The translations under genes and the position numbers were made by a program. Below, in pieces: positions 59,485 through 64,000 of a stretch of DNA of 64,000 nucleotides. The DNA is from Vulcanimicrobiota bacterium (GTDB lineage Bacteria; Vulcanimicrobiota; Vulcanimicrobiia; Vulcanimicrobiales; Vulcanimicrobiaceae): the NCBI GenBank assembly GCA_963820825.1, contig CAWGBN010000006.1, forward strand, positions 160,001 through 224,000. Direction: 5' to 3'. Positions within the stretch are counted from its first letter, which is position 1; every line of letters begins with the position of its first letter. Below the pieces are notes generated by a model. It was not told where the DNA came from and made no database searches. It worked only from the letters and a program-made list of their open reading frames with translations.

Positions 59485-60756
59485 TTGAGCGTTTCGAGTA
59501 TGCAGCCGCCTGGCCGCCGGCGCGTCGTCGTCACGGGCCTGGGGGCCGTCACCCCGGTCGGCAACACCCGCGAGGACTTTTGGAGGCGTCTGATCGCCGG
59601 CGAATCGGGCGTCGCTCCGATTACGGCCTTCGACGCGAGCCTCTTCGACGCACGCATCGCCGCCGAAGTCAAGGACTTCAAGCCCGAAGAACTGATCGGC
59701 CGCAAAGAGGCGCGCCGAATGGATCGCTTCACGCAGTTTGCCTTCGTCGCCGCGCGCGAGGCGATCGCCGACGCGAAGCTTCCCGACGACCCCGAGTTCC
59801 GCCAGCGCGTCGGCGGCGTAATCGGCACCGGCATCGGCGGCATCATCACGTTCTGGCTGAACTCCGACAAGGCGAACGAAAACGGTACGTGGTCGAAGGT
59901 CACGCCGTTCTTCATTCCGATGCTGATGGCCAACGCCGCCACGGCGCATATCTCGATGGCATACGGCTATCACGGGCCATTCTTTGCAGTCGCCAGCGCT
60001 TGCGCGAGCGCCAACGACGCGATCTGCACCGCGTACAATGCAATCGCCTACGGCGATGCGATTGCGATGATCACCGGCGGCAGCGAAGCGACCGTTTCGC
60101 CGTTGGCAATCGGGGGCTTCGGCTCGATGCGTGCGCTCTCGACCCGCAACGACGATCCGACGCGCGCGAGCCGCCCCTTCGATCGCGAGCGCGACGGCTT
60201 CGTGCTCGGCGAAGGCGCCGGCATTCTCGTTCTCGAGGAGCACGAACACGCACGCGCGCGCGGCGCTTCGATCTATTGCGAACTGCTCGGCTACGGCCAA
60301 TCCGCCGATGCATACGATCTGGTTGCCCCCGATCCCGACGGCAGCGGAGTCTTGCTCGCCTTCGCCCGCGCCTTTACCAGTGCCGGCATCGCTCCGAGCG
60401 ACGTGGACTATATCAACGCTCACGGCACGTCCACCCCGATGGGCGATCCGGCGGAGTCGAGGGCGATCGAGAAGACCTTCGGCGAACACGCCTTCGAGAT
60501 CGGCGTCAGCTCGACGAAATCGATGCACGGTCATGCGCTCGGCGCGGCCGGCGGAATCGAGGGTGTCGCGACGGCGCTGGCCGTGCTTCACGATACGATG
60601 CCCCCGACGACGAATTACGAGTTTCCCGACCCCGAATGCCGCCTCGACTACGTTCCGAACGTCGCGCGTCACGCGCCGATTCGGGTCGCGCTCTCGAACT
60701 CGTTCGGCTTCGGCGGTCACAACAGCGTGATCGTCTTCGGCAAGGTCCGGTCATAG
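59485..60756 (+). CDS. fabF: Beta-ketoacyl-ACP synthase II
   Basis: RRVVVTGLG, SACAS, SRPFDRERDGF, YINAHGTST, STKSMHGH and NSFGFGGHN motifs. Confidence 0.96.
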   Translation: MSVSSMQPPGRRRVVVTGLGAVTPVGNTREDFWRRLIAGESGVAPITAFDASLFDARIAAEVKDFKPEELIGRKEARRMDRFTQFAFVAAREAIADAKLPDDPEFRQRVGGVIGTGIGGIITFWLNSDKANENGTWSKVTPFFIPMLMANAATAHISMAYGYHGPFFAVASACASANDAICTAYNAIAYGDAIAMITGGSEATVSPLAIGGFGSMRALSTRNDDPTRASRPFDRERDGFVLGEGAGILVLEEHEHARARGASIYCELLGYGQSADAYDLVAPDPDGSGVLLAFARAFTSAGIAPSDVDYINAHGTSTPMGDPAESRAIEKTFGEHAFEIGVSSTKSMHGHALGAAGGIEGVATALAVLHDTMPPTTNYEFPDPECRLDYVPNVARHAPIRVALSNSFGFGGHNSVIVFGKVRS

Positions 60757-60768
60757 GAAATCTGACGC

Positions 60769-61491
60769 GTGAGCGGCGAGAACTACCGCCGGCGCCTGCG
60801 CGCTCTGCTTCGCCTTGCGGGCGTTGCGCGCGTTGACGACTTCAGTATCTTCGAGCGCGCATTCGTGCACGAGAGCTACGCGAAGGAGCACGGCGGCGGT
60901 TCGAACGAGCGCATGGAGTTTCTCGGTGACTCCGTTCTCGGCTGCATCACGGCGGCATGGCTCTTCGACCGCTTCGCCGACGAGCCGGAGGGATTGCTGA
61001 CGCTGCGCAAGGCGGCGATCGTCAACGACGGACAACTCGCGCAGACCGCGCGGCGGCTCGCCTTCGGCGAGCTGGTCCGGCTCGGCGCCGGTATGCGCGC
61101 CGCCGGCGGGGATGATAATACTTCGGTGCTCGCCGACGCGTTCGAAGCCTTCGTCGGCGCGCTCTACCTGCGTTTCGGTCTGGAAAAGACGCACGCGTTC
61201 GTCCTCTCGCAGCACGTCGAACAACTCGATCACTCCTCGGACGCACTGCTCGACGCGAAGACGCGCCTGCAGCACTACACACAGGAGCATCTCGCGGCAA
61301 CCCCGGTCTACCGCGAAACGAGCCGAGGAACGCCGCAGCACCCCGCGTTTAAGTCGCGGGTGAGCGTAAAGGGTAAGGTCTTGGGCAAGGGCGAGGGCGC
61401 TTCGAAGAAGGCCGCGCAACAAGCGGCCGCCGAGGCGGCACTCCATTCGATCGCGGGCGCGGTGGAGACGAAGAGTCCGGTGCGGCAATGA
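60769..61491 (+). CDS. rnc: Ribonuclease III
   Basis: NERMEFLGDS and LADAFEAFVGALY motifs; dsRBD with GEGASKKAAQQAAA. Confidence 0.96.
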   Translation: MSGENYRRRLRALLRLAGVARVDDFSIFERAFVHESYAKEHGGGSNERMEFLGDSVLGCITAAWLFDRFADEPEGLLTLRKAAIVNDGQLAQTARRLAFGELVRLGAGMRAAGGDDNTSVLADAFEAFVGALYLRFGLEKTHAFVLSQHVEQLDHSSDALLDAKTRLQHYTQEHLAATPVYRETSRGTPQHPAFKSRVSVKGKVLGKGEGASKKAAQQAAAEAALHSIAGAVETKSPVRQ

Positions 61492-64000
61492 AGCTTCGGC
61501 GCATTCGCTCCTTCGGATTCAAGACGTTTGCCGAACCCACCGTGCTCGAGTTCGGCGACGGCGTAACGGCGATCGTCGGGCCGAACGGATCGGGCAAGTC
61601 GAATCTCGTCGATGCGTTTCGCTGGGTCTTGGGCGAGACGTCGAGCAAGAGCCTGCGCGGCCGCGCGCTCGAAGACGTCATCTTCTCCGGCAACGAAGTG
61701 CGCAAACCACTCGGCCTGGCGGAGGTATCGATTCTCTTCGACAACGCCGATCGCAAGCTTCCGATTGAATTTGCGGAAGTCGAGATTACGCGACGCGCCT
61801 ACCGCGTCGGCGAGAGCGAATACTTCATCAATCGCACGCAGGTGCGGCTGCGCGACATCGTCGATCTGCTGACGGGTACCGGACTCGGTCCCGGCTCCTA
61901 CGCGATCGTTTCGCAAGGCCAGATCGACGCGATTCTCACGAGCAAACCGGTCGAACGGCGCGCGCTCTTCGAGGAGACGGCCGGGATCGGAAAGTTCCTC
62001 TCGCGCAAGAACGAGTCGCTGCGGCGTCTCGAGCGAACCGAGCAGAACGGGATTCGCATCAGCGACCTGATCGCCGAACTCGAACGGCGTATCCCGGAGC
62101 TCGAGACGCAGATGCGCCGCGCGCGGCGATACCGCCGCGTCAGCACGCGCGTCCGCGATCTCGAGATCTTAGGATACTTGCGCGCGAGCGCGACGCGCCG
62201 AGCCGAATCGGTCGCGTTGCGCGAGGAGATTGCCAAGAACGAGGAGCTCCGCAGTGCGAACGCGGCGAAAGCCGAGCAGGCCGCGGGCGAGTTCGCGCGC
62301 GTGCGCACGCAGCTCTATCGCGGCGAGCTGCAACTCGAGGAGCTGCGCTCGCAAGCCCAGACAAAGCGCGGCGAACTCGCGCAGCTCGAAGCCCGGTATG
62401 CGGCGGCGCTGGCGCGCCGAGAGGCGCTCGAACGGCAGTCTACCCAGACCAGCCAGGACGCCGCGCGCGTTACCGCCGAGCGCACCTCGCTGGTGACGGC
62501 GATCGAGGGGTTGGAGGGGCGCATAACGCCGCTCGCGCGCGAGATCGACGAATCGCGCGAGCGCGAACTCGCCGCAGCCGCGGCGCTGGCCCAAGCGCGC
62601 GGCAATCTCGAAGCAGTCTTCACGCGGCTGCGTGAAGTCGAGGCGTCGGCCGCCGAGTTTGCAACGCGCAAGGCCGAACGGCGCGTCCAGGCCGAAACGC
62701 TGCGCGCCGAGGCGGAGCGCCTCGACGCCGAAGAGCGAACCGCTCGCGAGCGCGCCGAACAGCTCGAGATCGCGGCGGGCGGCGCATCGCATCGAGAGAA
62801 CGAACGCCGGCGTCAGCTCGCCGCCGCCGAGGAGGAGGTGCTCGAGGCGCGCGGCCGTGCTGAGGACTCCGACCGTGAGGCCGCGCTCGCTCAAGAGGAC
62901 GTCGCGCGCGCGCTCACCGCGCATCGCGATCATTCCGTCGAGGTCAAGGCCGCGGAGTCGCGGCTGCACACCATCGAAGAGCTCGAGAACTCGCTCGAGG
63001 GCCACGTGCCGGGAACGCGCGCCATCGTCGAGGCATGGCAGCGCGGCGAGCTGCGCGGCATCGAAGGAATCGTTTCGAACTTGATCACGACCGACGAGCA
63101 CTACGCGCGTGCGATGGACGTTGCGTTTGGTGCCCGGCTCTCCAACGTCGTGACGAAGACCTCGGAGGATGCGGAGCGCTGCGTCGAGTTTCTCAATCGC
63201 AAAGAGGCCGGGCGAGCGACGTTCCTTCCGCTCGATACGCTCGCGAAGCGCGAAGGCCGCACGCTCGACGATCGACTGGCCGAAGTAACCGGAGTCCTGG
63301 GATACGCGCACACGCTCGTGCACACCGCGCCGCAATTCGCGGGCATCGTCAACTTCTTAGTCGGCAACGTGCTCATCGTTACGACGCTGGAAGTGGGAAT
63401 CGAGCTCGTTCGCGGGCGCGGCCTGCGCGACACGATCGTGACGTTGAACGGCGAGCAGATCACCGGCGGCGGGGCGATTACCGGCGGGCGATTCGTGCGC
63501 GAGCGCTCGATCCTATCGCGGCGTTTTGCCGCCGCCAGCCTGCGCGAAGCCCTCGTCGGGATGCGCCAGCGGCTCGAAGAGGCCGACCAGGCCTTACGCG
63601 CGGCACACCTGCGCGCCGGCGCGGCGATCGGCCAGCGAGATTCGGCGCGCGGTCGTCAGAGCCGAGGCGAAGCGCAGCTCGTCGGTCTACGTGCCGAAAC
63701 GGCGGGGCTTGCGGCCGAAGTGCAGCGCGCGAACGGGGACCTCGAAGCGGCTCGCGCGACGCTAAACGACCTGCGCGCTCGGGCGGCCCGCGCGCGCGAG
63801 CTCGAACGCGCGGCCGAACGCAACGAGCCGTCGGGCGAACGCGGCGAAGAGGAGCGCACCGAGCTCGAAGCGCGGTTGGCGGCCGTACGCGAGGAGATCG
63901 CCGCTGCCGAGGCGGCGCAGAGTACGACGAACGCGCGGGGCGCCGAGCTGCGCGAGCGAGCCGCGGCCCTCACTGCCGAGCGCGACGCAGCGCGGGCGCG
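61488..64000 (+). CDS. smc: Chromosome segregation protein SMC (3' truncated; absent from ORF track)
   Basis: MKLRRIRSFGFKTF, GPNGSGKSN, LRG...DVIF and SQGQID motifs; coiled coil; hinge GRATFLPL...GAITGG. Confidence 0.96.
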   Translation, partial: MKLRRIRSFGFKTFAEPTVLEFGDGVTAIVGPNGSGKSNLVDAFRWVLGETSSKSLRGRALEDVIFSGNEVRKPLGLAEVSILFDNADRKLPIEFAEVEITRRAYRVGESEYFINRTQVRLRDIVDLLTGTGLGPGSYAIVSQGQIDAILTSKPVERRALFEETAGIGKFLSRKNESLRRLERTEQNGIRISDLIAELERRIPELETQMRRARRYRRVSTRVRDLEILGYLRASATRRAESVALREEIAKNEELRSANAAKAEQAAGEFARVRTQLYRGELQLEELRSQAQTKRGELAQLEARYAAALARREALERQSTQTSQDAARVTAERTSLVTAIEGLEGRITPLAREIDESRERELAAAAALAQARGNLEAVFTRLREVEASAAEFATRKAERRVQAETLRAEAERLDAEERTARERAEQLEIAAGGASHRENERRRQLAAAEEEVLEARGRAEDSDREAALAQEDVARALTAHRDHSVEVKAAESRLHTIEELENSLEGHVPGTRAIVEAWQRGELRGIEGIVSNLITTDEHYARAMDVAFGARLSNVVTKTSEDAERCVEFLNRKEAGRATFLPLDTLAKREGRTLDDRLAEVTGVLGYAHTLVHTAPQFAGIVNFLVGNVLIVTTLEVGIELVRGRGLRDTIVTLNGEQITGGGAITGGRFVRERSILSRRFAAASLREALVGMRQRLEEADQALRAAHLRAGAAIGQRDSARGRQSRGEAQLVGLRAETAGLAAEVQRANGDLEAARATLNDLRARAARARELERAAERNEPSGERGEEERTELEARLAAVREEIAAAEAAQSTTNARGAELRERAAALTAERDAARA

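Overview
High-GC bacterial chromosomal window spanning the replication origin. Gene content (a diderm Terrabacteria-type outer-membrane cluster, a Firmicutes-like L27, jag, smc and parAB) suggests a diderm Terrabacteria lineage, possibly Ca. Eremiobacterota; this is inference, not a database result. Left arm (minus strand): dnaA-dnaN-recF-dciA-gyrB runs co-directionally into a ~25 kb outer-membrane/LPS cluster (tamB, bamA, three Skp/OmpH genes, lpxD, lpxC, fabZ, lpxA, lpxB, a metallophosphoesterase, an lpxB-like gene, an O-antigen ligase, lptC, lptB, lptF/G, DUF3084, yqgF, a putative beta-barrel, a TPR protein, a GT4). oriC looks bipartite: DnaA boxes flank dnaA and DnaA-trios lie before dnaN. 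Right arm: rpmA-obgE-nadD-DUF3465-maf-mreC-mreD-mrdA (+), a frameshift-riddled 41.7-45.5 kb zone (DUF11 protein, aminotransferase), then rpmH-rnpA-yidD-yidC-jag-mnmE-mnmG-rsmG-cca-parA-parB-thiE-thiD-trpS (-), displaced ~25 kb from dnaA, then fabF-rnc-smc (+). Most notable: (1) two copies of a ~170-185 bp structured intergenic element in the LPS operon, with sequence-divergent closing stems, tandem G-A pairs and GGA-loop hairpins resembling CsrA/RsmA sites; (2) a GNRE-motif metallophosphoesterase coupled to lpxB, a candidate replacement for LpxH/LpxI; (3) duplicated variant parS sites; (4) an L27 with a Prp-type N-terminal extension but no adjacent rplU/prp; (5) probable non-canonical start codons for parA and mreC. 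No CRISPR, rRNA, tRNA, IS or prophage was seen.
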